This document shows positions 1-10,533 of a stretch of 64,000 nucleotides of DNA, one piece after another. Below the pieces are notes generated by a model. The model made no database searches and was not told where the DNA came from. It was given only the letters and a program-made list of their open reading frames with translations. Within the stretch, counting starts at the first letter, position 1. Every line of letters starts with the position of its first letter. Made by a program: the position numbers and the translations under genes. Origin of the DNA: Eledone cirrhosa (taxonomy: Eukaryota); assembly GCA_964016885.1 (NCBI GenBank), contig OZ024740.1, forward strand, positions 397,420,001 through 397,484,000, in the 5' to 3' direction.

Positions 1-123
1 TCCTAAAATGTGATAACATTTTACGGTGTAACAGACAAAATTTTGTAATAGACTAACATTGACTTTTATAGCAAAATAACACTGAGTCTTCTGTACAGCA
101 AATAATAAATAGATAGATAATAT

Positions 124-330
124 GGGGGATTGGCAGAATTAGTGGAGCATTGGATAAAATGCTATTGTGGTAATAGTTCTGGCTCTTTACAATCTGAGTT
201 CAAATCCCACCGAGATCAACTTTGCTGATCTTCGAAGGTTGATAAAATAAGTACCAGTCAAGTACCAAAATTGATTTAATCCACCTTGCCCTTCACCCAA
301 TTTTGCTGGTTTTATGCCTAAAGTAATAAT
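124..330 (+). mobile_element. old tRNA-derived SINE
   Basis: A-box-like TTGGCAGAATTAGTGG, B-box GAGTTCAAATCC, body GATAAAATAAGTACCAG shared with younger SINEs in the window. Confidence 0.7.
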
Positions 331-394
331 CGATCAGTAATAACATATAATGCCAATAATAATGATTTGGGGTGGAAACATTATCTAAGATAAT

Positions 395-574
395 TGTTTC
401 TACTATTGGCACAAGGCCAGCAATTATCCCAGTACATTACTGGTACTTTATTTTATCTACCCCGTAAGGATGAAAGGCAAAGTTAACCTCGGTGGGATTT
501 GAACTCAGAATGGCAAGGGCCGTAACTCTATGCATCAAAGCATGGCGTCCGACCCTCTGCCAAGTCACCGCCCT
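395..574 (-). mobile_element. tRNA-derived SINE (young family) with 16-bp TSD
   Basis: Minus strand GGGCGGTG..TTGGCAG...GAGTTCAAATCCC...TAGTAGAAACAATTAT; TSD CATTATCTAAGATAAT at 379-394 and 575-590. Confidence 0.9.
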
Positions 575-1013
575 CATTATCTAAGATAATATTCCCATAT
601 TGGTAAGGTTTATTTACATTGATTGAAAAAAAACAACTTGGGGTGATGAATGCTCAATGTTAACTAACAAGAAATGACAAGTACAAAGGAGATGAGAAAA
701 TAACTGCACATCAAAGGAATTAGTTTGATGAATACAGGTGAGAAAGCTATATTGATTTGGACAGTCAATGGCTGAAGCATGCTGGGTAAAAAAAGAAGCC
801 ATGAGTTAATAAAGGAAGGTATCCATGGAGAAGAGTAGCCAGTTTGAGATAAAGTTTTTAGAACAGACCTGAGAACATTGTGCTTTATAGAAGAGGTGAC
901 TGGGACTAGATCAATGTTTCTCCAAAAGGGGCTGCAGCAACCTCTTAGAGGAAATATAGATTTCAAAAAAGTTGAAGGATTGTGATGGTGGTGGTGGTGG
1001 TGGAAATAATAAT

Positions 1014-1200
1014 TGTTTCTACTTTTGGCACAAAGCCAGCAATTACCCAGTATATTACTGGTACTTTATTTTATCGACCCCCGTAAGGATGAAAGGCAAA
1101 GTTAACCTCAGCGGGATTTGAACTCAGACTGTAAAGGGACATAACTATGCTAGAAAGCATGGCATCCAACCCTCTACCGATACTGCCAATTCACCGCCCT
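1014..1200 (-). mobile_element. tRNA-derived SINE with 14-bp TSD
   Basis: Same family as 395-574; TSD GTGGAAATAATAAT at 1000-1013 and 1201-1214. Confidence 0.9.
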
Positions 1201-1451
1201 GTGGAAATAATAATGAAAATTATTATTTCCACCGGTGGTGGAAATAATAATGAAAAAGTATTACACTTTTGTAATGAAAAGTTTAATAAATATAATATGG
1301 TGGTGATGTGGTACTAATGATTTTGCAAGATCAAAAAAGGCTATTTGAGCAAAAACAGCCGAGAACAACAGAACTAGATGAAGGGAGTGATGCTGTATTG
1401 TGGACTTTCAAAACCATTGTAAAATTGATATAGAAGTAATAAAAAATAATA

Positions 1452-1590
1452 TTGATGATGGTAATGATAACTATGATGATGACACTGATAATAACAGCAA
1501 TGATGATGATGACAGGCACAATGTTGATGATAATGACAATAACAATAATTCCGATGATGATGAGGAGGATGATGATGGTGATAATGATAT
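1452..1590. repeat. degenerate (GAT/AAT)n microsatellite
   Basis: Visible trinucleotide periodicity. Confidence 0.8.
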
Positions 1591-1971
1591 TGTTTAATGT
1601 TATGGTCTAACAGAAAATATTTCCATTCAAAGTGGTGGAAGCATACACATAAAACAGCTTTGAAGGAAGCTATAAAAACATCAAATGATAAATCTGGTTG
1701 ATAAAATATTCTACAACAATAAAGAAAACTTATAAGAAAGCAATTTTTTTTTTAATATTCAAAATTCAACAAGAAACAATTTAAAAATACCAGATATGAA
1801 ATTTGAAAACCTGCATTTACCTGTTTTCAAAAGGTTCCTTTAAACATAAAGTTAATATTTCATCACATTTTAGAATATTAGATGCCCAGACAGTGTTCAA
1901 TTATATTATTATATTACTTTCAAAAACGTAATTATTTTTTTTTTAAATTTCAATTTTTTTTTTAGGATGAA

Positions 1972-1997
1972 TATATATATATATGTGTGTGTGTGTA

Positions 1998-2031
<34 letters not shown>

Positions 2032-2064
2032 TGTGTGAGTGTGAGTGTGTGTGTGAGTGAGTGT
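1972..2064. repeat. (TA)(TG)(GA) compound microsatellite
   Basis: Direct reading. Confidence 0.9.
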
Positions 2065-2670
2065 TTGTTTATATATAATTTCTGTGTTGTCTCTGTTTAT
2101 GTAGTGTATGTCTGTTTTTTTTTTCCCAGTGCTAATTATTCTATCCTCCAGTAGCTATCTGATGGAGCATGCGTATGTAATTGTGGAAGTCAAGCAAAGT
2201 GACAAAACATGACAATGAATTACTCGTAGCTATTCGGTCCAGAGTTAATCAATAGGCTCTCATCTCCATAGCAGTGTATATAAACAAAATGCAACAATAC
2301 CTAAATGATCTGCAATTGTTCAGGTCTGATGACACAATACATGTATTTCTTTTTATAAAATGGCTGCCACTTATTATTGTCCTGCAATTTCTTTCATTCA
2401 TACTTAAAGGATGATATCAACAGACGTTTTAGTTTTCTGTGTCTAATGGTTACTAAGCAATATCTCCTAAAATATAATGGACTTAGTTTCATGTTTTTAT
2501 TTTTTTATCTTTGCTGGACATAATAAGAAAATAAGAATGGGTTAATAAGCAAAAGTAAAAATTTAAATCTGTAATTAATCCAATATAACCATTTTTTTGA
2601 TTAACTTAATTGTTATTTGAAAGGATAGCTTTTAAAAGATCTTAATGTCCATCAATTAATATATTTTTAC

Positions 2671-2746
2671 AGTGAACAAGGCCAATATGTGTAGGAATAA
2701 GAAGTAGAATCAATTGAATCAACTTCAATATATTACTAGTACTCAT
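2671..2746 (-). CDS. candidate first coding exon of a secreted/membrane host protein (signal peptide); exon 2756-2671
   Basis: Acceptor TCTTTCATTTTCCAG|G at 2757, ATG at 2746, MSTSNILKLIQLILLLIPTHIGLVH then a phase-1 donor T|GTAAAA; non-repeat context; donor is weak. Confidence 0.35.
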
Positions 2747-5313
2747 ATTATCAAGCCTGGAAAATGAAAGACACACATCATGACAATATGATTTGAGTTC
2801 AGAATATAGAGGATATGGCTTATTACTATACTGCATAAATTTTACCATCTCATTTATTTTAAATAAGACAAACTGGATGTTTAGTTAATGAAATATTTTA
2901 TATTAAATCTATTGGAAAATATCATATTACACAATGGCTGTAAGGTTAAAATATTAGACTACTGTAGTTCAGTTTACATAATGCAGTTATTCTATATTGC
3001 CTCTGGGATAGATACAGGTCACCTCACTGATAACTAAATTTCACTCTTACAACATGGTTGGCTGGTTTTTGCATAAGAAGGATATCTGCAAAAATAATTA
3101 CACAAGGCCAACATGGTAAAATTAAAATATCAAACCAGAACAGAAAATTTATTAGGGATAAAATGTGAATATTCCTTGAAAGTAATTAACTTTGCTTGGT
3201 TTCTATTATAACCTGATAATTCATAATCATGTAAGAGTTCTTTAATTTGTTTCTGCTTTTCTCGCCTGCTTTTACTTCTACATGACTTTGGAATGGACCT
3301 CCATCTGTGTTAACAATGAGTGTTTCAGTTATTCTATCAATAGCATAACCTGCAAGTGACTGAGCATTCCACAAACAAGTGTACCCTTGATATGATCCTC
3401 AGGAAAACTCAGTGTAATAGTGTGTGACATGGCTGGCTCTTTGAATTACAAGTACAATTCATCTGATGAGCTTCTAGGCAGTTTTCATCTGCGACATTTC
3501 ACTCACAAAGATTGGGTCTATCCAAGGTTATGGTAAATGACACTGACCTAAGTTGCCAAGACATTGGGTCAAACTGGGACCTTATGAATGTAAAGAAAAC
3601 TTCTTAATTATTCAGCCATACTGCATCAACAGATATAAATTTAATTACTTATATACATACATTCATTTATATACATTCATTTATATACATTCATTTATAT
3701 ACATAGATATCCATTTTATGTCAAAATGATAAACTTCTGGGAAACTAAGTCTGTGGCCCAGGTTCAATTTTTACTTATTCTAGTAATGCTCTTAGAAAAT
3801 CCCACAAAACCCATCCCTCAACTTTTTGATGTTACCTGTGTTTTTTTGTTTTTTTTTGTTGGGGTCTTCTTTTTTTTTGCTTAATCAGAAGTACTCATGA
3901 ACCTTTCCATGAACTGAATGCTTACAAAAGAGTGGGCTCTGATAAAGGCACCCAAGAGTAAAGTGAAGGTGTTAAAATTGGCAACAGATTAAGTCTATTA
4001 CCCAAGTAGGCCACAGAAGGATTTAAACTCAGAATTCAAATAGATGAAACAAAAACCATATGGTATCCCCTTCACCACTTTAATGATATCTACTTTTAAG
4101 CATTCTGTCTGACACTCTAATTCCCTGATAGAATTTAATTGTTATGGCTTCATTGGAACAAAATGAGACTATGACTTTTGTAGGCCCACCAACATGAGAT
4201 TATTATTGCAGTTTATATGTCTATTATACATGTCACTTAAGTTGACATCTATGGGGAAAACTTGGGCATCAAGGAGATTTGATAAGATGCTTTGAGATAG
4301 CAGATAAATTTAGAAGACTGGGGAAAGGTGACTTTGAATCATTGAAACTAGAAATATTTGTTCTTGAGAGTTTAGGGGTAGAGGTGGGCAGAAAGTGGAT
4401 GCTGCATACATGTGCACTATCACTTTTCAAAGTGAAGTTGGAGTATAGTGTGATAAGAGCTGGGAGGTTTGTATCTCAGATAAATACAGTATGTGCAGCT
4501 TGCTTGTTTGTAAGAGGTGATGAATGAAATCCAGATTTTGCTGACATTCAGAAATATTTACAAAATGAAAGAAAAAGAAAGGAGCTGATCATTAGATTGG
4601 ACCAAGTAAATTTTCCATTGCTGATATTATTTGGATGTCAGTAGCTATGGGAAGGTCTCAAAACATTATGTGCTCACTGGTGCAATAGCCACAGACTGGA
4701 AGAAATTGGGATACATAACTATATGCCAGTTATTAAAGTAGTCTCTCAAGGTATTACCCATGGGCTAGGCCTCTACCCAATCTAACAGTTGTGTTCCATA
4801 GGGAAATCTTTTCTACCAGTACCTTCTGATAAGCAATGGCACTAGGAGGAGGAAGATGCTATAAATTGTATTATCTCCTGACCAGAAGCTATGATGGGTC
4901 TTTCAAAATTATGTGCTTGACTTGATATTGCAATACTGAGTGCTTTACAACACAATGAACTCAGCTAAAGCTGCCCAAGAGCAAAGTTATGGAATTGAAC
5001 GAAGCTGTGTGTTGTGCCTACCATCCATTCAGTGAATTATTTTAAATTTGTATACCTGTATCTGCAGAATCAAAGTCTTGTGATGTTTCTGATGAAAGGA
5101 CAGAAGTCATGAAATATTCACTGTATAGTGAGAGTTCTCAATCAATAGGCCCAGAAAACACAAATTCTGAAAATTTCAAAGAAACAGTGGAATACATTAC
5201 TCAAATATTAGCAAACAGACTATTAGTGTTTAGTGAGCAGCAGCAAAGTTAAACATTGAAAATATTGATTGACAATATATTGGTTGCCATTTCATTCAAT
5301 TCTTCAGTGTTCT

Positions 5314-5518
5314 ATCATCATCATCAGCATCATCATCATAATCATCACCGTTTAACATCCATTTTCCATGCATGCATGGATCAGACGGGTTGTCCACATC
5401 AAAAGACAAGTCAGGCCTGAATTGGTCATGCTGTAGGTTGCTCTGATGGGACTGTAAATTTGGCTGGGGTTTTACAGTACAGCTGGATGCCCTTCCTAAC
5501 GCCAACCACATTTACAAA
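5314..5518 (-). mobile_element. RTE LINE 3' terminal fragment
   Basis: (GAT)n tail, terminal CCATGCATGCATGGAAAATGGATGTTAAACG and core GTTGGCGTTAGGAAGGGCATCCAGCTGTA on the minus strand. Confidence 0.85.
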
Positions 5519-5543
5519 GGGAAACCATATATACATATACCAT

Positions 5544-5577
<34 letters not shown>

Positions 5578-8500
5578 GGAATCCTGGAGAGTGGAGGAGA
5601 GAGAGAGAAAAATCTGGACGCTCAGCGACAATGCCAAAGATAAAGACAAATTCACCTCTTGGACGAGAATGCGAGCACTCCTCATTGTTTCGACCGCGGA
5701 CGGCTAACATAACCCCATCGCCCCCCGCCCCCCACCGCCCCCAACCCCCAAACGCAATCCAAAACTTCAGAGTTGGTACCATAAATGTAGGCACCCTAAA
5801 GGGTCGCGCTAACGAGGTTGTAGAAATGCTTGAACGTAAGGAGGTCGATGTTTGTTGTATTCAAGAGACCAGGTGGAGGGGTGGGTCTGCTAGGTTCATT
5901 GAGGGTAAAAAACGATGTTATAAGCTTTTCTGGGTGGGAAACGACGATGGGCTGGGTGGAGTAGGAATCATGGTAGCAGAAAAGTGGGCAGATAAGATAA
6001 TAGACGTAAATAGAGTGAACGACAGAATAATTAAAATACGACTTGTCCTCAATAGAACTACGGTGACAGTAATATCTGCGTACGCACCCCAATCCGGACT
6101 GCCCGGCACTATAAAAGACAGATTCTATGAGACACTGATGCTAACTACCTCCCAAATATCCGACAGTGACTATATAATTATCGCAGGCGACCTAAATGGT
6201 CACGTTGGACAACATTGTGACGGCTACGACGAAATCCATGGAGGCTATGGGTTTGGTACTAGAAATGAGGAAGGCTCCAGAATCCTGGAATTCTGTGATG
6301 CAAATAACCTAACTATCTGTAACACTAACTTCAAAAAACGTGACAATCACCTGATCACCTATAGATCCGGGGAACACACAAGCCAGGTAGATTATATCCT
6401 GACCAGAAGACGTGACAGAGTGTCTGTTGTAAACACTAAATCCCTCCCCCATGAAGAATGCACCTCCCAACATAGACTGATAATTAGCGACCTCATAGTC
6501 AGGATGAGACGTACTCGACAGCAGAAGAGGACTATCCTCAGGAGAAAAATATGGAAGCTAAAGGACCCCACAGCCAGGAATAAATTTCAAAGCATATTAC
6601 TTGATGCTTTCGACAGTAAGGAAGAACATTTAGAGTCGGACAATATAGAGGGAGAGTGGGAATTTCTGAAAGCAAACCTGCTGTTGGCGACAGACGAAGT
6701 CTGTGGCTGGAGCAGGCCTGTAGGCAGGAGGAGAGTAACATGGTGGTGGAACAGTAAGGTGGAGGGGTCAATTAAGGCCAAAAAGCAGGCTTGGAAAGTA
6801 TGGCGGGATGGGGGAAGTAGAGAAGACTATCAAGTGGCCAGGAGGGAAGCTAGGAGACAAGTGTACTTAGCAAGAAGGGAAGCTGAGGAAAGAAAGTTCA
6901 AGCATGTTCTACAACGCGATGACCAAAAACGTGAGGTGTTCAGGATTGCTAGGCAATGCGTCAAGGAAAACCGTGATATTGTCGGGGAGAAGTGTGTACT
7001 AAACGACGATGGCACACTTGCCATCACCGACGCTGATAAGAAGGTAGCTTGGAAGTGTCACTATGAAAGGCTACTAAATGAGGAGAATAAATGGGAGAAA
7101 GACAGTCTCCCCCATATCGACCCAATAGAGGGACCAGCAGTGTTAGTCGAGGGGAGCATAATAAGTAAGGCAATCAAGGATATGAAGACGGGTAAGGCGG
7201 CTGGGCCTTCGGAAATAGTTGCTGAGATGCTGAAGGCATCTGGCACGGTGGGACACACCATGGTCACCCGCATAGTTAACCAAGTCGTACAGAATGGGGT
7301 TGTTCCGAAGGACTGGCATAGCAGCATCATCGTTAACTGTTATAAGGGTAAAGGAGACGCCCTAGATAGGAGTAACTATAGAGGCATTAAATTAATCGAC
7401 CAGGTCATGAAGGTCACGGAAAAAGTAATAGCGCAACTAATCAGAGAGAGAATTGACCTAGATGAAATGCAGTTCGGGTTTGTGTCAGGCAAAAGTACCA
7501 CAGACGCTCTTTTCATTGTACAACAACTACAGGAGAAGTACCTAGCTAAAGGTAAACCCCTCTACTTAGCTTTTGTCGACTTGGAGAAAGCCTTCGACAG
7601 AGTCCCCCGCTCCATTATCTGGTGGGCTCTTAGAAAACTAGGCGTTGACGAATGGCTTGTGAGGGCTATACAAGCCATGTATAAAGAAACAGTCAGCAAG
7701 GTTAGAATTAACAACGAATATAGTGAAGAGTTTAGCGTAAAAGTTGGCGTCCATCAGGGCTCTGTTCTCAGCCCCCTACTATTTATTATTGCCCTTCAGG
7801 CTATAACAGAGGAGTTCAAGACAGGCTGCCCATGGGAACTCCTACATGCAGACGACCTGACACTCATAGCGGAATCAATGGCCGAGCTAGAGAAGAAATT
7901 CCAAACATGGAAGCACGGCCTAGAGTCAAAAGGACTTAAAATTAACCTGGCTAAGACCAAAGTACTAGTTTGTAGGAAAGAAAACAAGGCGGCGGTCCCT
8001 TCTGGGAAATGGTCGTGCTCGGTGTGTAGGAAAGGCGTAGGTAGAAACTCCATTTTATGTCCTAAATGCAAAGTATGGGTGCATAAAAGATGTAGTGGGA
8101 TCACAGGTAAGCTAACTAAGAACATAGATTTTACATGTGGCCGGTGTTCTGGTGCAATATGTAGCAGCAAGTGCCCACAAAATACTAGCTCTTTCAATTG
8201 CGCAGAGGGTTCTATAGAAATAGTGGACAGCTTCCGTTACCTGGGCGATAAAATCAGCAGTGGGGGAGGGTGCTCTGAAAGTACTGTAGCTAGAGTCAGA
8301 ACTGGTTGGAAAAAGTTCAGAGAGCTTATACCACTATTAGCTGCTAAAGGGTTCTCCCTAAAAATGAAAGGCAGGTTGTACGATGCCTGCATACGAACAG
8401 CAATGCTGCATGGCAGTGAGACCTGGGCATTGTGTGCAGAGGATATACGCAGGCTAGAGAGGAACGAAGCTTGCATGCTCCGCTGGATGTGTAACAGTAA

Positions 8501-9199
8501 TATACGTGAACGGCAAAGCATAAACGAACTAAGGAAAAAATTAGAGATAAGAGGGATCAGATGTTGTTTACTCGAGAGAAGGCTACGTTGGTATGGACAC
8601 GTGATGCGCATGAAAGTCGATAGCTGTATAACAAAGTGCAGGGCAATAAAGATAGACGGTAGTCACGGAATAGGCAGACCTAGAAAAACCTGGGACGAGC
8701 TGATAAACTCCGACATCACACACTTACACCTCTCCAAGACAATGTCACTGGACCGAGACCTTTGGCGGTACTCAGTAACAGAGAAGACCCGCCGTACCTA
8801 AATATATAGTAAAACCTACTCCAGCCAGTAGGCATCTCTAACAAAATACACCCCGTCCCACCACCACCACCCCGCCCCATCCACACCACCCCGTTCTATG
8901 TAAAGTTATGTTGGTGCCGCGCCATCGAGGCCGAAACAAATGAGATCGTGTAGGTGTCACGACAAAAAAACACACAGTCCACGCTGTAATGTGGCCGTGT
9001 AGGCAACACGGTAAAACCCTCCCAGACCCACACTGTAAATGTGGTTGGTGTTAGGAAGGGCATACAACTGTAGAAAACCTGCCAGACAGTCCTATGCGAG
9101 CAAGACAATCACTCTTGCCTCAAGTGGGACTACCCCCGTCCAAACCCATGCAAGCGTGGAACACGGACGTTAAACGTTGATGATGATGATGATGATGAT
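5578..9199 (+). mobile_element. full-length RTE-clade LINE (subfamily A)
   Basis: About 53-nt 5' UTR, single APE-RT ORF, about 380-nt 3' UTR, (GAT)n tail; (CA)n(TA)n on both sides. Confidence 0.95.
5631..8801 (+). CDS. RTE ORF, 1056 aa: APE endonuclease + reverse transcriptase + PHD-type zinc finger
   Basis: GTINVGTL, CIQETRW, GDLNGH, QVDYIL, SQHRL (APE); FVDLEKAFD, GVHQGSVLSP, HADD, FRYLG (RT); C4HC3 finger at 8016-8147; RLRWYGHVMR and GRPRKTW (RTE C-terminus). The track start at 5460 lies in microsatellite, so ATG 5631 is the plausible start. Confidence 0.93.
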   Translation: MPKIKTNSPLGRECEHSSLFRPRTANITPSPPAPHRPQPPNAIQNFRVGTINVGTLKGRANEVVEMLERKEVDVCCIQETRWRGGSARFIEGKKRCYKLFWVGNDDGLGGVGIMVAEKWADKIIDVNRVNDRIIKIRLVLNRTTVTVISAYAPQSGLPGTIKDRFYETLMLTTSQISDSDYIIIAGDLNGHVGQHCDGYDEIHGGYGFGTRNEEGSRILEFCDANNLTICNTNFKKRDNHLITYRSGEHTSQVDYILTRRRDRVSVVNTKSLPHEECTSQHRLIISDLIVRMRRTRQQKRTILRRKIWKLKDPTARNKFQSILLDAFDSKEEHLESDNIEGEWEFLKANLLLATDEVCGWSRPVGRRRVTWWWNSKVEGSIKAKKQAWKVWRDGGSREDYQVARREARRQVYLARREAEERKFKHVLQRDDQKREVFRIARQCVKENRDIVGEKCVLNDDGTLAITDADKKVAWKCHYERLLNEENKWEKDSLPHIDPIEGPAVLVEGSIISKAIKDMKTGKAAGPSEIVAEMLKASGTVGHTMVTRIVNQVVQNGVVPKDWHSSIIVNCYKGKGDALDRSNYRGIKLIDQVMKVTEKVIAQLIRERIDLDEMQFGFVSGKSTTDALFIVQQLQEKYLAKGKPLYLAFVDLEKAFDRVPRSIIWWALRKLGVDEWLVRAIQAMYKETVSKVRINNEYSEEFSVKVGVHQGSVLSPLLFIIALQAITEEFKTGCPWELLHADDLTLIAESMAELEKKFQTWKHGLESKGLKINLAKTKVLVCRKENKAAVPSGKWSCSVCRKGVGRNSILCPKCKVWVHKRCSGITGKLTKNIDFTCGRCSGAICSSKCPQNTSSFNCAEGSIEIVDSFRYLGDKISSGGGCSESTVARVRTGWKKFRELIPLLAAKGFSLKMKGRLYDACIRTAMLHGSETWALCAEDIRRLERNEACMLRWMCNSNIRERQSINELRKKLEIRGIRCCLLERRLRWYGHVMRMKVDSCITKCRAIKIDGSHGIGRPRKTWDELINSDITHLHLSKTMSLDRDLWRYSVTEKTRRT

Positions 9200-9240
<41 letters not shown>

Positions 9241-9254
9241 TATATATATATATA

Positions 9255-10439
9255 TTCCGGGAAGTGGCCATGCTCAGTGTGTAGGAAAGGCGTAGGTAGA
9301 AACTCCATTTTGTGTCCCAAATGCAAAGTATGGGTGCATAAAAGATGTAGTGGGATCACAGGTAAGCTAACTAAGAACATAGATTTTACATGTGGCCGGT
9401 GCTCTGGTGCAATAAGTAGCAGCAAGTGCCCACAAAATACTAGCTCTTTCAACTGCGCAGAGGGTTCTATAGAAATAGTGGACAGCTTCCGTTACCTGGG
9501 TGACAAAATCAGCAGTGGGGGAGGGTGCTCTGAAAGTACAGTAGCTAGAGTCAGAACTGGATGGAAAAAGTTCAGAGAGCTTATACCACTATTAGCCGCT
9601 GAAGGGTTCTCCCTAAAAATGAAAGGCAGGTTGTATGATGCCTGCATACGAACAGCAATGTTGCATGGCAGTGAGACCTGGGCATTGTGTGTAGAGGATA
9701 TACGCAGACTAGAGAGGAACGAAGCTTGCATGCTCCGCTGGATGTGTAATAGTAATATACGTGAAGGGCAAAGCATAAACGAACTAAGGAAAAAATTAGA
9801 AATAAGAGGGATCAGATGTTGTTTACTTGAGAGAAGGCTACGTTGGTATGGACACGTGATGCGCATGAAAGTCGATAGCTGTATAACAAAGTGCAGGGCA
9901 ATAAAGATAGACGGTAGCCACGGAGTAGGCAGACCCAGAAAAACCTGGGACGAGCTGTTAAATTCCGACCTCACACACTTACACCTCTCCAAGACAATGT
10001 CACTGGACCGAGACCTTTGGCGGTACTCAGTAATAGAGAAGACCCACCTTACCTAAATACAAAGTAAAACCTACTACAGTCAGTAGGCATCTCTAACAAA
10101 ATACACCCCGTCCCACCACCCCCACCCCATCCACACCGCCCCTTTCAATGTAAAGTTATGTTGGTGCCACAACATCCAGGCCGAAACAAATGAGGTCGTG
10201 TAGGTGTCACGACAAAAAACACACAGTCCACGCTGTAATGTGGCCGTGTAGGCAACACGATAAAAACCTCCCACTGTAAATGTGGTTGGTGTTAGGAAGG
10301 GCATCCAGCTGTAGAAAACCCGCCAGACAGTCCTATGCGAGCAAGACAATCACTCTTGCCTCAAGTGGGAAAACCCCCATCCAAACCCATGCAAGGGTGG
10401 AACACGGACGTTAAACATTGATGATGATGATGATGATGA
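9255..10439 (+). mobile_element. 5'-truncated RTE-A copy
   Basis: ORF 9277-10056 near-identical to the C-terminus of the full-length copy; same 3' UTR and (GAT)n tail. Confidence 0.95.
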
Positions 10440-10474
10440 CACATATATATATATATCTATATATATATATACAC

Positions 10475-10531
<57 letters not shown>

Positions 10532-10533
<2 letters not shown>

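Noticed and set aside
395-574. tRNA gene calls for A/B-box sequences here and in similar copies
   Set aside because: They are SINE heads with body, tail and TSD, and have no full cloverleaf
1400-1597. Asp/Asn-rich ORF
   Set aside because: Degenerate (GAT)n repeat with no splice or homology support
5085-5122. CTGATGA...GAAATATTC hammerhead-like string
   Set aside because: Helix I and the stem II junction cannot be drawn convincingly
5460-5630. N-terminal 57 aa of the 1113-aa ORF
   Set aside because: Read-through of an antisense RTE UTR, microsatellite and the 5' UTR; the plausible start is ATG 5631
5796-8611. Antisense ORFs over the RTE (and likewise over Tx1)
   Set aside because: Shadow frames of the sense ORFs with no independent motifs
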